From the NCBI GenBank assembly GCA_017654855.1, contig CM030336.1:4030001-4094000 (forward strand): a stretch of 64,000 nt of DNA. The letters are read 5' to 3'. The notes under the pieces were generated by a model. It worked only from the letters and a program-made list of their open reading frames with translations, made no database searches and had not been told where the DNA came from. A program made the position numbers and the translations under genes. Origin of the DNA: Podospora anserina. Its lineage: Eukaryota. Shown here in pieces: positions 38,626 to 51,663 of the stretch (positions are counted from its first letter, which is position 1; each line of letters opens with the position of its first letter).

Positions 38626-41600
38626 GGGGGTAGTTGAAGTTGTTAATGCGGGCGAGGTGGATGGTTGACTCGGTTAGCCCCGGGAGATCTTGGTCGGCAG
38701 CCTCAACATTTCTACCCTGGCTGTATAGCGCGAGCAAACGACGAATACTCTCTGGTGTTTGGTGAGCGTGCGAGCTGGCGATGGATGCTGGAAGAATCAT
38801 CTAAACTGGACGGTCGGCTGGGGATGGAGCGGGAGAGGTAGATGCGCAAGAATCAACAACTATTTCACTGCATCATCAGCTATTACTACACTCTGGGGAG
38901 CGGTTCTTGGGATTTTTTTCGGGATGCATTTGTCTTTGACTACCCTTCACATGTTCTCTTTTTCTTTCTTTCTTAGGAACACAGTTGTGTCACGTATTTC
39001 TCCAAATTGCTATTAGACACACGGGACGCGGCAAGCGAATTTGATCAGTGCTGTTTTTTTCAAGGTGATTGTGAGGTTGATTCCATGACCACTGTGACAT
39101 GTCCGAGTTTGGGAGGCAAACCGCTGTCAGGGAAATAGCCGAATGCATGCCTCCGGGCCAAGCCGGGACTTTGCTCCGAGGGAGCGGTTCCGGGTTTGTC
39201 TTGTGATAACATGATTTGTGACATGATTTGATAGGGAATATTTATGATGATGGAACATTTACGATCTGAATTTACCAAGGATCAAAACTCGGGTTACGGG
39301 TTTTGTGAGTAGGCCGGAGAGGGGCACTCTCCATCCTATTTCTAGAGGGAGAACGCGTGAAGGAACAGTAAGCTGCTTATGAGGGGAGGCGAAGATGGGA
39401 CAAGAAGGGGTGGAGGAGCATTTGGGTATGTTCAGAGGTGGGAAGATCTTGGGTTGGGTGGGTTGATTTGGGTGGGTGGCTTGGGGAGACACGTGTTGTT
39501 GGTGGCTTCTGGCTTCTGGCTTCCGGCTTCCGGGGAAGGGCGGGGGCACGGAAGGGGGGCTGAGTTGAGGGTGGTGGTGGCCTGTATGATGGGCTCTTTT
39601 GTGTGATGGGAGGGGATCTTGTCCTCTGGTGGTGGTGGGCTTGTGTAGATGGCCGGTTGGTGGTCATACTGTAGATCCGAGGGGATGGGAGTGGTGGGTG
39701 GTGGGTGGTTAGAGGTCTGGTCTGGTCTGGTTTGATGGAATGGGTCGGAGGTCGGTGTTCAAAGGGTTGGTTTGCCCGATGGTTGATTACGAAATATCGT
39801 CAGATGGTAAAACAGGATAGGGGAGAGGGAGGTTATGTTTTGTTGTTGTGTTTGTGTGTAAGCCAAGGTCTAGATGCAAGTTTGGGATTTACCTCAGGGA
39901 TGGTGCAGTTCAGGTAGTGGTGCAGGGCGAGAGATAAAGATAGGTAGCGAGTAGAGGAGATATAGGAAGACGACGTGGGTATGAAACTTTGAGATGAACG
40001 GGAGAGGTGCATGCGTTTTGATGCGTGATGTGCGTCAGGGTTTGGGTGGTAGGTAGGGCGGTTATGTATGTATGTTCGGCAGATCGAGACGGGAGTTTTC
40101 TTTGGGGAGGCTTGAAGTGGAATAATAAGGGTGGTGGTGGTGATGGTGGTAGATGAGGATGAGGTGAGGCATAGGATGAAGCAGAGGATGAGGTTGTTTG
40201 TAGATGCTACTGACTGATATCTCCCATCTGGATGTAGGATGTACGTAAAATACCATATCTACACGTGTGCCGTGACTGATTGTATGCAATATCTGCGCCG
40301 ATATCCGACTGGGCGTGAGACTTCAGATTTTCTGGGCAATCGTTGACATCGTGAACTTGACACTGACATCACACTTTTACCGCCGCTGAGTCAACGAACG
40401 GCAGGTAAGCATACATCCAGCCCGGAGGCTTGGGATTACACTTGGGGGCACTCGTGGGCTCAAATTATCAAAATGGTCTGATTTCTGCAGAAGGAATCGG
40501 CGGGCATTGAGGCATTGCTTTGCTTTTCTCTTTTCTGTGGCGAGACGCACTGGTTGGTCCCGAAACTGAACCGTCGCTTGCGTATCAGGATCCCAGCCGA
40601 AACAGCAACGACAACGCTCGGCCGCCCTCTTAGTTGAACATGTGTGTCCAATCAGGAGCGTTCCTGGTCCTTCAATGTGGAGCTGATCTGACCCCAGCCT
40701 TGGCACCCGCTCCTGACAAGTCGAGCTACCGCCGTTGGCTTTCTCTCCGACAGCTTGCAACGAAAGAATCTCTCTCAGTCTGTTGCGCGCGAATGGGAGC
40801 TGGCGGTTAATGACCCTCGAAAAGAGGTATCTCCGTACCTGCAAAACATCCGAACAATCTTGAGGCAGAGATGGTACTGCGGTCTCGAAAGTGGCGCCAT
40901 TTTCCACCGTGCCGTACCCTACCTCGACGGGTGATCGGTCTGATCACAGACTGCCGCTGGCCATTCAGCAGTTGTGTACGCTGCGAAGCCCTAGGTCAGC
41001 CAGTTTCGGTTTGGTCACACGGCGCAAAGGACGGAGTTATACAGCGTCAGGATGGGTGATCGGGATACACTTGACATGAGGTCTTCAGCAGCTAATGATG
41101 TGTCTAGAGAGCAGAACAGAGTCATCTGGGCTGGGCTTATTATTATGGCGTAGACATCCGATACTGACCTCTTCGAGCACAAGGCCAGCGGCGAGGAGGA
41201 CCCTTGCTGCCGTTTATAACATGGGTGAGCACCCGTTCGGCCCCCCTGCAGTGGTGCCGCAGAGCCCCGCCCCGAAGGACAGCGTTACAATTCTCTCGAT
41301 GTCGTTTCGACAACGTGGGGAGAGGCCGGCCGCAAGTTCCAGCCTCGTTCGATTTCTTGGATTTCCCTGAGCACCACCGCTACCTGGCCCCTGCTTGGCA
41401 TGCTGCACCTGCACAAGCCGTTGCCGCTGTCTCCATCTTGTGTGCCATCGTGGTTCTAGGCGCGCCTCCAGCTTCTCCTATCCCTCTCCCACCCCTGACA
41501 GGCTCCACGTTCTCTCACGACAAGAGCTCTAGGACGCGATAACCCCCTTGCCGAGTCATTTTGCATTCGTTTCTCTTTCTTACCTACTTCGAGTTCCCTC

Positions 41601-42196
41601 CTCTTTTCTCCCTCGTCTCCGGCAGAGTGGCCTAGATACCTAGCACACGCAAACTTGGGTCCCAGCAGCCGCCGTACGCAGGCATTTGTGGACAGGTATG
41701 ATCCTCACACATCAGCTCATGTTTCTGGTGACTTGCTTCGCTTGGCACCTCACATAACCACACTGGCTCCCGCACCTTTGGTGCTGCCGAACCTTCCCCT
41801 CTCCCTTCTCCCTCTCTTTTTGCTCGGCGAAGTGCAATCGTTTCGAGGTGTGTGGTTTTGCTAACCATACCGCCTCCCGGCCGTTCCTGGCATATGCAGG
41901 CTCCATATCCGCTCATTACTATTCTGTCTCACGGCCGAAGCCTCACATTCACGACTGTCGTTTAATGGGTCTGGTTCGCACGCTTTCAGCAGGTTCTGAC
42001 GACGAATTATCGACTCTTGGATATTTATAACACGCATCAACATCTTTTAATTGGGAATCGCTAGAGGAAAACGGGGATCGACTGCCCCAGTGGGAGGGTT
42101 AGAGAGACGAGGATTTTCGAAAAGGAAAAAGAATCAGGAGGAAAAGCAGGGCTGAATTGCTGGATTTAATCGAGACGACGACGACTATCACCCACC

Positions 42197-44056
42197 ATGT
42201 CGGGTTACGGAGGTTACGATGGGGGTTTAAGGAGCAGCGGGTCAATGAAGCAGTCGGAGAGATCAAGATGGACGCCACTTACACGGATGTTGTTGTCGGG
42301 CGAAATGACACAGGAAAGGCAAAAGGAACTGACTCCAAGGGAAAAGTTCGACAAGTGGATGGTGAACGAAGGATATCGCCGAATGTAGGTGGTTTGCTTT
42401 TGGATTGCGACGATGTGGTGGGTAGGTGAAGGCTGACATATCGCCAGTTTCGTCTTCGTTTTCATGTTCCTCCACGCCATCTTATTCGCCTTCAGTTTCG
42501 TCAATTTTGCGGTGAAGGAGAACTTACAAATAGCCCGAGACACATTTGGCCCGACGTTTATGATTGCCAGATCCGCTGCGCTGGTCCTCCACGTCGATGT
42601 CGCCTTGATTCTGTTCCCCGTTTGCCGAACGCTCATTTCCATGGCCAGACAAACGCCCCTGAACGGCATTATTCAGTTCGACAAGAACATCACTTTCCAT
42701 ATCACCACCGCTTGGTCGATCGTGTTTTGGTCCTGGGTTCATACGATTGCCCATTGGAACAACTTTGCTCAGGTCGCCGCTAAGAACAACTTGGGCATCT
42801 ACGGATGGCTTCTCGCCAACTTCGTGTCGGGCCCGGGCTGGACTGGATACGTGATGTTGATCGCGCTCATGGGAATGGTCATCACCTCGGTTGAGAAGAC
42901 GAGACGCGCCAACTATGAACGATTCTGGTACACTCACCACATGTTTATCGTCTTCTTCTTTTTCTGGTCGATCCACGGTGCTTTCTGCATGATTCAGCCC
43001 GACTTTGCACCCTTTTGTATTTCGATCGGCACCCAGGCTATCGGCGTCTTTTGGCAGTACTGGATGTACGGTGGTTTCGCCTACCTGGCCGAGCGTGTTG
43101 CCCGTGAGATTCGCGGCAGACACAAGACATATATCTCCAAGGTCATTCAGCACCCGAGCAACGTCTGCGAAATTCAGATCAAGAAGGAGCACACCAAGAC
43201 CAGGGCTGGACAGTACATCTTTTTCTGCTGCCCGGCTGTTTCTCTCTGGCAGTATCACCCATTCACTCTGACCAGCGCTCCCGAGGAGGACTACATCTCG
43301 ATCCACATGCGCGTTGTGGGTGACTTCACCAGGGCTGTTGCTGAGACTTTGGGCTGCGAGTTCGACAAGAAGAAGGGGGATGCTTCCAAGGTTGTTGGTG
43401 TGGATCAGTCCAACGATGAGGTTGATCCCGCTCTCCGCCGTGTGCTTCCCCGTGTTTACATCGATGGACCCTTTGGCTCAGCTTCGGAGGATGTGTTCAA
43501 GTACGAGATTTCGGTTCTCTGCGGTGCCGGTATCGGTGTTACGCCTTTCGCCTCGATTCTCAAGTCGATCTGGTACCGCATGAACTACCCTCAGAAGCGG
43601 ACACGGCTCAGCAAGGTCTACTTCTTTTGGATTTGCAGAGATTTCGGTTCTTTTGAGTGGTTCCGCTCGCTTCTTCTCGCTATTGAGGCGCAGGATGTGG
43701 ACAACAGAATCGAGATTCACACGTACCTGACAGCCAAGATCAAGGTTGATGACGCGACGAACATCATGATCAACGACGCCAACGCCGACAAGGACACGAT
43801 TACTGGTCTCCGGTCACCGACCAACTTTGGTCGCCCCAACTGGGATATGATCTTCAGAGGTATCCGGAAGCTTCACACGCCTGCCGAGGCTGGTGTGTTC
43901 TTCTGCGGTCCCAAGGGTTTGGGCAGCCAACTGCACGTCTTTTGCAACAAGTACAGCGAGCCTGGGTAAGTTTCGATGATCCCTAGACGGACAGTTTCAT
44001 CAGTTGCTGACAACTATGACAGGTTCAACTTTGTTTGGGGCAAGGAGAACTTCTAA
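42197..44056 (+). CDS. NOX1: NADPH oxidase 1 (NoxA, gp91phox homologue)
   Basis: Exons 42197-42384, 42448-43965, 44023-44056. Heme-ligand His pairs (FHITTAW..HTIAH; YTHH..SIHG), FAD motif HPFTLTSAP, IDGPFG, GAGIGVTPFAS, FFCGP and terminal KENF; no long N-terminal extension as in NoxB. Confidence 0.96.
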
Positions 44057-44864
44057 ACGCCATTGCCACATCTTTGCTTCTTTCCCATGATATCCTCTCC
44101 AACCAGCAACGGTGGACAACGTCGCGGAGAAAAGTTAGCCCTGCGACCATGATCTGAGTGCGCGGGACGCAATGCATAGCAGATCCCGGGCTGGAGGATA
44201 GCAACGTAGGGGCCAACACCGACGCTGGCCGCGTCCTCAACTCATCCCGCCGACGACCTGTCAGGACACCCGGTCGGGAGTCCTCCCCGCTCCACTGCCC
44301 GTACAATTGGAGAAGAGCCCACTTCATACATCCTGTTCGGATGGTGGATTGATTACCCATACGCATACCCATACCCTAGATATCCCACCCTATTATACCT
44401 CAGGGGCAGCCAACAGCAGCTCTCTCTCAGCTCGCATTTAGCGCTTTTGTTACATATTCTTCTTGCTATTTATATACACTTGTACCTAGTCTTTACAATA
44501 TTCCCCATATTCCCATTCAAGCAAATGGTTTTTTTTCTGGCTGTTTAAAAGACAGTTTGATAATTTGAGTTCTGGTAGAGAGTAAAGTGTAAATATTAGA
44601 CGTGGCTTTGATGGCGGAACCATGCTGAAGCGTGCTTTCCCTGAATTGATACCACAGAGAACACCAGAAAACTCAGCTCATTGGACTTAAACTTGGGTAG
44701 TTACAGTTTTCACCTTTAATAAGTTACCATCTACTGAATAATTCAGCGCTCCTTCCTACAGAGCATTCCGTACCTGCCAGTTCCCCCCACCTAACCCAGG
44801 CAGCACACTTCCTCCCCGACAGGGGTCTAAAGTGGGGGACCCACTTAAATTCTCGCTCCCAATT

Positions 44865-44905
44865 CGCGAAGCGCGTCTCACTTTACCTCAAAGAGCTGAA
44901 CGCGT
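44865..44905. promoter_or_regulatory. MCB/SCB-like elements upstream of FEN1
   Basis: CGCGAA 44865-44870, GCGCGT 44871-44876 and ACGCGT 44900-44905, 145-185 nt before the ATG. Confidence 0.55.
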
Positions 44906-45049
44906 CAAACTGCGCTCTCGTCCAATCTTCCTTGCTCTGACATCACGAAGCTTCGACCTCCCCTCCTCACTCTCGCAACCCTCGACAAAACCAGCGATTT
45001 TCTCACCACAACACAAAACAGCAGAGAGGACAAGAAAAAAGTCGCAACC

Positions 45050-46376
45050 ATGGGAATCAAAAACTTATTCCAGATCATCAAAGACGAGGCGCCCGATGCG
45101 GTCAAGGAGGGGGAGATCAAGAACCAGTTTGGGAGGAAGGTTGCGATTGTAAGTTTGTTGTCCACTCTTTTCAAACCCACCTGAGAACGGTATTTTTTAA
45201 TTCTGGGGCTGAAAAAAAAAAAAAAAACAGGACGCCTCCATGTCAATCTACTCGTTCCTCATCGCCGTCCGCTCCGACGGCCAGCAGCTCATGAACGAAG
45301 ACGGGCAGACGACGTCTCATCTGATGGGCATGTTCTACCGCACCCTTCGAATGGTGGACAATGGGATTAAGCCGCTTTATGTCTTTGACGGCGCGCCGCC
45401 CAAGCTCAAGTCTGGCGAGCTCGCCAAGCGGTTCCAGCGCAAGCAGGAGGCGCACGAGGGGTTGGAGGAGGCCAAGGAGACGGGGACGGCGGAGGAGGTG
45501 GAGAAGTTTAGTCGGAGGACGGTGAGGGTGACGAGGGAGCATAATGCCGAGTGTCAGAAGCTGTTGAAGCTGATGGGGATACCGTATATTGTTGCGCCGA
45601 CCGAGGCGGAGGCGCAGTGTGCGGTGCTGGCCAGGGCGGGGAAGGTGTATGCGGCGGCGAGTGAGGATATGGACACGCTGTGTTTTGACAGTCCGATTTT
45701 GCTGAGGCATTTGACGTTTTCGGAGCAGAGGAAGGAGCCGATTCAGGAGATTCATGTGGCGAAGGTGTTGGAGGGGTTGGGGATGGAGAGGAAGCAGGCA
45801 TGTTACGTTTTTGTCATGGTTGTGATGTTAGATATGGCTAACATTCGGGGATAGTTTGTCGACCTTTGCATCCTCCTCGGCTGCGACTACCTCGATCCCA
45901 TCCCCAAGGTTGGACCCTCGACCGCCCTCAAGCTCATTCGCGAGCACAAAACTCTGGAGGGAGTGGTCAAGTTTATGAAGGAGGATCCCAAGAGCAAATA
46001 TGTCATTCCTGAGGACTGGCCCTTTGAGGATGCCAGAGACCTCTTTTTCAACCCTGACGTTCGCCAGGCGGATGACCCGCTTTGCGACTTCAAGTGGGAG
46101 AAGCCTGACATCGAGGGGCTGGTTCAGTTTCTGGTCAAGGAGAAGGGTTTCTCTGAGGACAGAGTGAGGGGCGCGGCGGCGAGACTGGAGAAGAACATGA
46201 AGAGCAGCCAGCAGAGCAGAATCGAGGGCTTCTTCAAGGTGCAGCCCAAGACGGAGGAGCAGAAGAAGGCGCACAAGCGGAAGCTGGAGGAGCAGAGCGA
46301 GGCGAAGAAGAAGAAGCTGAAGGACGAGAAGAAGGAGAAGGCCAAGTTGAAGGCTAAGCCGAGGGGGACTGCTTGA
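45050..46376 (+). CDS. FEN1: Flap endonuclease 1
   Basis: Exons 45050-45148, 45231-45797, 45855-46376. [58 protein letters not shown] and PIP box QSRIEGFF. Confidence 0.96.
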
Positions 46377-47860
46377 TTTTGTATCCTGTCTATGGGGGGT
46401 GGTTTGCTTTCACGACATCTGGAGGGGAGGGGATCTGGTAATGGTCACATGGCTGGCTTGCTTTGGGTGGGAAGGTAAGCTGGGTCTGGCGTTTATGGTG
46501 TTGATACTGGGCGGGGAATTAGGTTGCTGAGCCTCAAATCGGGATTCTTTGCTATTATTGGGGAAATAAGGAGAAGCATATATCACGGTAGTAGCCTGGC
46601 AGTAACAATGATCAAGCACAATGCACTGTCAACATGACATGTTCGCCGCAAGCTGCATTTTGCATTTTTGCATCTCGACGGATCTCCGAGTTGGGGTTTG
46701 CATTGCACTGTCTTTTGGAGAAAGTGCATAACCTGGAGAGGGCTGTTTTAGTGCAGGGGTGGGTGCGTGCCTGATTAGGAAGATACCTCGGCTTGTTCTT
46801 GTTCGGTGGGTTAGCGGTCGAGCGGTAATCCTGGCGATGCCAATTGGTTCATCAATTTAGTTGCTTCGGGGTTGCATGACATCACAGCCGAGGGACCGTC
46901 ATTTGCTGCTGCTGCTAGTTGTTGAATATTTTGGAGGAGCGGGCTTGTTTGAATTTGTATAGGGAGCGGTGCATGTGACTGTTCCAAGGCGGGACGAGGA
47001 ATTGTTCTGGATTCGGGGGCTGTCTGGGGAGGGAGGGGCACATGACTCTTGAGCTGATAGATTCGACAATCATGTATCATCTTGGAATGGCTGTGATCCA
47101 ACGGACAGATATCATCCTCGGGGATTCCTTTCAAAAATGGAGGAAGCTCGTGAAATTCAAAACCACTGACGGGGATGGTGGATTGTCTACCCCACGTTTC
47201 TCCCCACTGATGGTTTATTCTACCCCACATTCCAGAACAACGTTGCCCCTTGTGTGTGTTGTGTGTGTGTGTGTGCGGTGGTGGTGTTCTTGTGCTTGCT
47301 CCGAGGCTTAAATGTTGGAGAGGGACTGGGTGTCGAAGATGTGTTCCTCATGGAAAATGTGGTACCTGGCGGGCAAGGGCAAAGAAAGACATGAATCCCG
47401 TTCAGACGTTAAGGCGTTGTCCGTTACGTCTAGGCTCGCAACGGCGCACGATAGAGCAAACGCGGCGCAACGGTAGCTGTTACAAAAAGTCACTTTCACG
47501 GGCATACTGTCAGGTACAATATGTACCCTACAACAAAACCCCGAAATCTGAAGAGGCTGGATGGGAACACAAAGACACGTGCCCCGGACTTTTTTCCTGG
47601 AACAAATTTCCGGGGTAGAGCATACGGTACTAGGATGGTAAAGGCGGGTTTTGCGGAGAGCTCGGCATGGTTTGCATGTGATTATCCTGCACCGCTGACG
47701 AAAGCGGCCCTTTATGGAGACACACCCGCGCCCGCTCATGAAGGGGGGGAGTAGTTAGTTTTGCTTGATCGCAAAAGCTGTTTCGTGTGTTTTTTCTTTC
47801 TCTTTTCCTCTCTCTCTCTTCTTCATTCCCATCACCTATCCTGGACTGTTTGAGAGTTCA

Positions 47861-47861
<1 letters not shown>

Positions 47862-47892
<31 letters not shown>
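47862..47892. repeat. (CA)n microsatellite just upstream of the b5/acyl-CoA dehydrogenase ATG
   Basis: About 15 CA units ending 13 nt before ATG 47906. Confidence 0.9.
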
Positions 47893-47894
<2 letters not shown>

Positions 47895-47905
47895 GAACCG
47901 CCACA

Positions 47906-49677
47906 ATGTCCAAGACCTTCACCCAAGCCGACGTTGCGTCGCACAAGACGACTGATTCCTTGTGGATCACCATCGACGGCGATGTTTATGACCTGACCAA
48001 GTTCCAGGATGACCATCCAGGTGTGTGCACATTCTTCTTTTGGCGCAATAGATTTGGTGTCTTTTGGGCGCGCAATGGTTGCTGACTGAGATGGTTTGAC
48101 AGGCGGCAAGAAGATCCTCCAGAGAGTCGCCGGCAAGGACGCCTCGAAGCAGTTCTGGAAGTATCACAATGAGGGTATTCTCAAGAAGTATCAGAAGCTC
48201 CAGATTGGCTCGTTAGATACCAAGCCCAAGAAGGAGGCACCCCCTGCTCCCGCGCCCAAGAAGGAGGCCCCTAAGCCTAAGCCTGCTGCTGCTGCTGCTG
48301 CTTCTTCTGCCCCTGCTGGGGAGGCTGAGGCTCTTGAGCCGTTTGGAGAGCAGATTCCTTTTGGTGATCCTGCGTGGTACCAGGGCGTAGGTTTTACTCA
48401 TGCCATGGCTCTCTGTGACAGCAGCTAACAGAATAACCTAGCACCACTCCCCCTACTTCAACGAGACCCACGCCGCCCTCCGCGCCGAAGTCCGCGAGTG
48501 GGTAGAGACCGAAGTCGAGCCCTACGTCACCGAATGGGACGAGAAGAAGGAGGTCCCCGCCCACATCTACAAGCAGATGGGCGAGCGCGGCTACCTCGCC
48601 GGTCTCCTCGGCACCCACTACCAAAAGGACTACGTCAAGAACCCCATCAAGTCGGTCCCCGCCGAGAAGTGGGATCTCTTCCACGAGATGCTCCTCACCG
48701 ACGAGCTCTCCCGCGTTGGATCCGGTGGCTTCGTCTGGAACGTCATTGGTGGCTTCGGCATCGGCTGCCCCCCCTTGGTCAAGTTCGGCAAGAAGTCTGT
48801 CGTCGACCGTGTCCTCCCTGGCATCCTCAACGGCGACAAGCGCATCTGCTTGGCCATCACCGAGCCCGACGCCGGTTCCGACGTCGCCAACCTCACCTGC
48901 GAGGCTAAGCTCTCCGAGGATGGCAAGCATTATATCGTCAACGGCGAGAAGAAGTGGATCACCAACGGTATCTGGTGCGACTATTTCACCGTCGCCGTCC
49001 GCACCGGCGGCCCCGGCATGAACGGTGTTTCCCTCCTGCTCGTCGAGCGTGACTTCGGCGGTGTCTCCACCCGCAGGATGGACTGCCAGGGCGTCTGGTC
49101 TTCGGGCACGACCTACATCACGTTCGAGGACGTCAAGGTCCCCGTCGAGAACCTCATCGGCAAGGAGAACCAGGGCTTCCGCGTCATCATGACCAACTTC
49201 AACCACGAGCGCATCGGCATCATCATCCAGTGCCTCCGCTTCTCCCGCGTCTGCTACGAGGAGTCGGTCAAGTACGCCAACAAGAGGAGGACGTTTGGCA
49301 AGAAGCTGATTGAGCACCCCGTCATCCGGCTCAAGCTGGCGCACATGGCGAGGCAGATCGAGGCGTCGTACAACTGGTTGGAGAATGTGATTTACCAGTG
49401 TGAGAAGATGGGCGATACCGAGGCTATGCTTCGTCTCGGCGGCCCCATTGCCGGTCTCAAGGCTCAGGCTACCGTCACGTTTGAGTTCTGCGCCCGTGAG
49501 GCGTCGCAGATTTTCGGCGGCTTGTCCTACTCTCGCGGTGGGCAGGGTGGAAAGGTCGAGAGGCTGTACCGTGATGTGAGGGCTTATGCTATCCCTGGCG
49601 GTTCCGAGGAGATTATGCTTGACCTCAGCATCAGGCAAAGTATGAGGGTTGCCAAGATGTTGGGTATGAAGCTTTAG
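47906..49677 (+). CDS. Acyl-CoA dehydrogenase with N-terminal cytochrome b5 domain
   Basis: Exons 47906-48020, 48103-48386, 48442-49677. b5 motif WITIDGDVYDLTKFQDDHP/GG..GKDASKQFWKYH, an Ala/Pro linker, then CLAITEPDAGSDVA, NGEKKWITNG, QIFGGLSY, ERLYRDVRAYAIPGGSEEI. Confidence 0.93.
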
Positions 49678-50351
49678 GGGAGGGTTGTTGTACAAAAGAT
49701 GAGTGCTGTAAGAATGGTGTACCAGTATGGGTGGTCGGCGGTAGACGGCATCGTTTCATATTTCTCTCTCTTTTGGTTTTTCATCATCTGTTCTTAGCAT
49801 GATATCAACAACAGATTTGTTTTTTTTTCTATTTTTTTTTCGGTTATAAGAATGGCATTTGGATAGGATGTTCTGGTGGTGGAGCTGTCATGGGGTGTAG
49901 CGGGAGCATAGAAATATATCTGATCAACATTAAACTTGTCTTCAACTTGCTCGCTGTTGTATAGTGGACTTGCGCATGGTTTCGATGGCTGTGCCCCCTT
50001 GTAATCGTGAGAAATGCCAACACAAAGCGTCCAAAGGCCCCCCGTCCTCTAAATGTCATGGCTGAGCTCCCAGCAAGAATCCCACACAGTGACGAAGAAT
50101 GCCTACTATATTCTCCCTCTCCGCATCCACACTAGAAGATACCCCCAAATATACATCTACCCCTGTTCTTCAGAGCGCCATCCATTCCAAATTATCTATC
50201 TCCCGATTTCGATAATCATGCATTTGCAACCCCCAAACGCCAACCAAACAAAAAAACCCCTGCGCTTTCCCATCTATGATACCAAATAATACAATTCTTT
50301 TTTCCCGGTGTTCCCTGAGCACGAGAGAGAACCCACCCTTCCCTTATATCA

Positions 50352-51105
50352 TCACCTCATGCCCGACCCCTCCCCCGGCGGCATATCAACCATCTCATAC
50401 CCCCCCCCACCATCCCTCCCCCTCCCCCTCCCCCGTCCCCTGCTAAACCCCTGTTCCAGATCTTCCTCCCCGTCCCCCGCCCCCCTCACATGCTCATTCG
50501 AGTTCCTCAGCTCCCCAGGCTGCGACTGCCCCCTCGCATGCCCGTTATTGTTGCCGGCACCATTCCCCCCAAACGAAATCGGCTTCAGCTCCCTATACCT
50601 ACACCCCCAAGTCCCGAGCACCACCCCCAGCACGCTAGCGCAGGCCATGCTCACCCACCAGGCCATGTGCTTCGGGAGCTCGCCCGTGTAGAAGGTGACG
50701 ACGACGAGGTGGATGAAGTGGAGGGAGAGGGCAAAGTCGGTGACGAGTTTGGATCGGCCTATCAGGACTACTATCGCGGCGCCCCTGTGCAAACAAACAA
50801 ACGTCAGTACCGGGTTGAAAATCAAAATGGGGGAGAGGAAAGGGGAAAACAAACATCAACACCCCCCCGTTCAGCATCGCGAGGAACCCGCAAAGCCACC
50901 CCTGCGTCGTGTCCCCTCTTATGCTCTGCCATCCTAGCACCAGGTCGATGGTGAATGCTGTGCCCGCTACCAGGGCGGAGAAGAGGAGGAGGGTGAAGCT
51001 GAAGGTGTAGTACAGCGCCTGGAGGGCGAGGATCTGGGAGGCGATTTTGAGGGGGGGGAGTTCGGAGAGGGAGCCTGGGCGAGGGGGGCGGCGGCGGCGG
51101 GCCAT
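50352..51105 (-). CDS. SYS1: Sys1-family Golgi integral membrane protein
   Basis: Exons 51105-50855 and 50784-50352 (intron GTTTGT..ACTGAC..CAG). PPLKIASQILALQALYY, IGRSKLVTDFALSLHFIHL, LPKHMAWW, GTWGCRYRELKPI. Confidence 0.87.
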
Positions 51106-51663
51106 TTTGTTATCGTCGTGTACGGTGGGTATGGAACGTCTCGCTATCGGGGCATATCTCGAGGAGGGAACGCGCGCGCGGTCGCAAAAGTCTGGATGGG
51201 ATCCGTGTACTCGGTAAGGAGCTCGGAATGCTCCTGGGGGTTTATTATGATGGGGTTGTGTCGAGCCAGTCGTCGATTATCTCTCTATCGTTTGTATCTT
51301 GCTTCTTCGATATACCTGTCTCTCCAAGCAGAGTGTTTCAATCAAGTCCCCGTCGTCAAGCCCAAGGAAATGTTTTTAAAAAATTAAATGTCTGGCGCAT
51401 CAAATGTCAAAGAAAGATATCTGGCTGTGCTGTGCTTCCTCCACAGGCGCACCGCTGCAGCCCCCCGTCCCGTCCAACGGTACGTAAGATTACATAATCT
51501 AACCTTGAACATTAGTAGCCCGCCCACCCCCCCACCCCAACCCCCTGGCTCCCCACATTTTCCCCAATCCCTGTTTCCGGCCGGCAACTGCCATCATCTG
51601 CAACCCTCCACCAGCACCACCACTATATCCCACCACCCGACGACAGCAAGCAAAACCGCAACA

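Noticed and set aside
46800-47320. Protein-like fragments between FEN1 and the acyl-CoA dehydrogenase; similar fragments at 1800-2300 and 14095-14350
   Set aside because: Interrupted by mixed stop codons and no family recognised; cannot distinguish a relic from random sequence.
48394-49695. 433-aa minus-strand ORF
   Set aside because: Antisense shadow of the strongly codon-biased acyl-CoA dehydrogenase.
51388-51663. Upstream in-frame ATG extending COA6 by 92 residues
   Set aside because: It lies in the SYS1/COA6 divergent promoter, while ATG 51664 has good context (ACAATGG) and gives a family-typical size.
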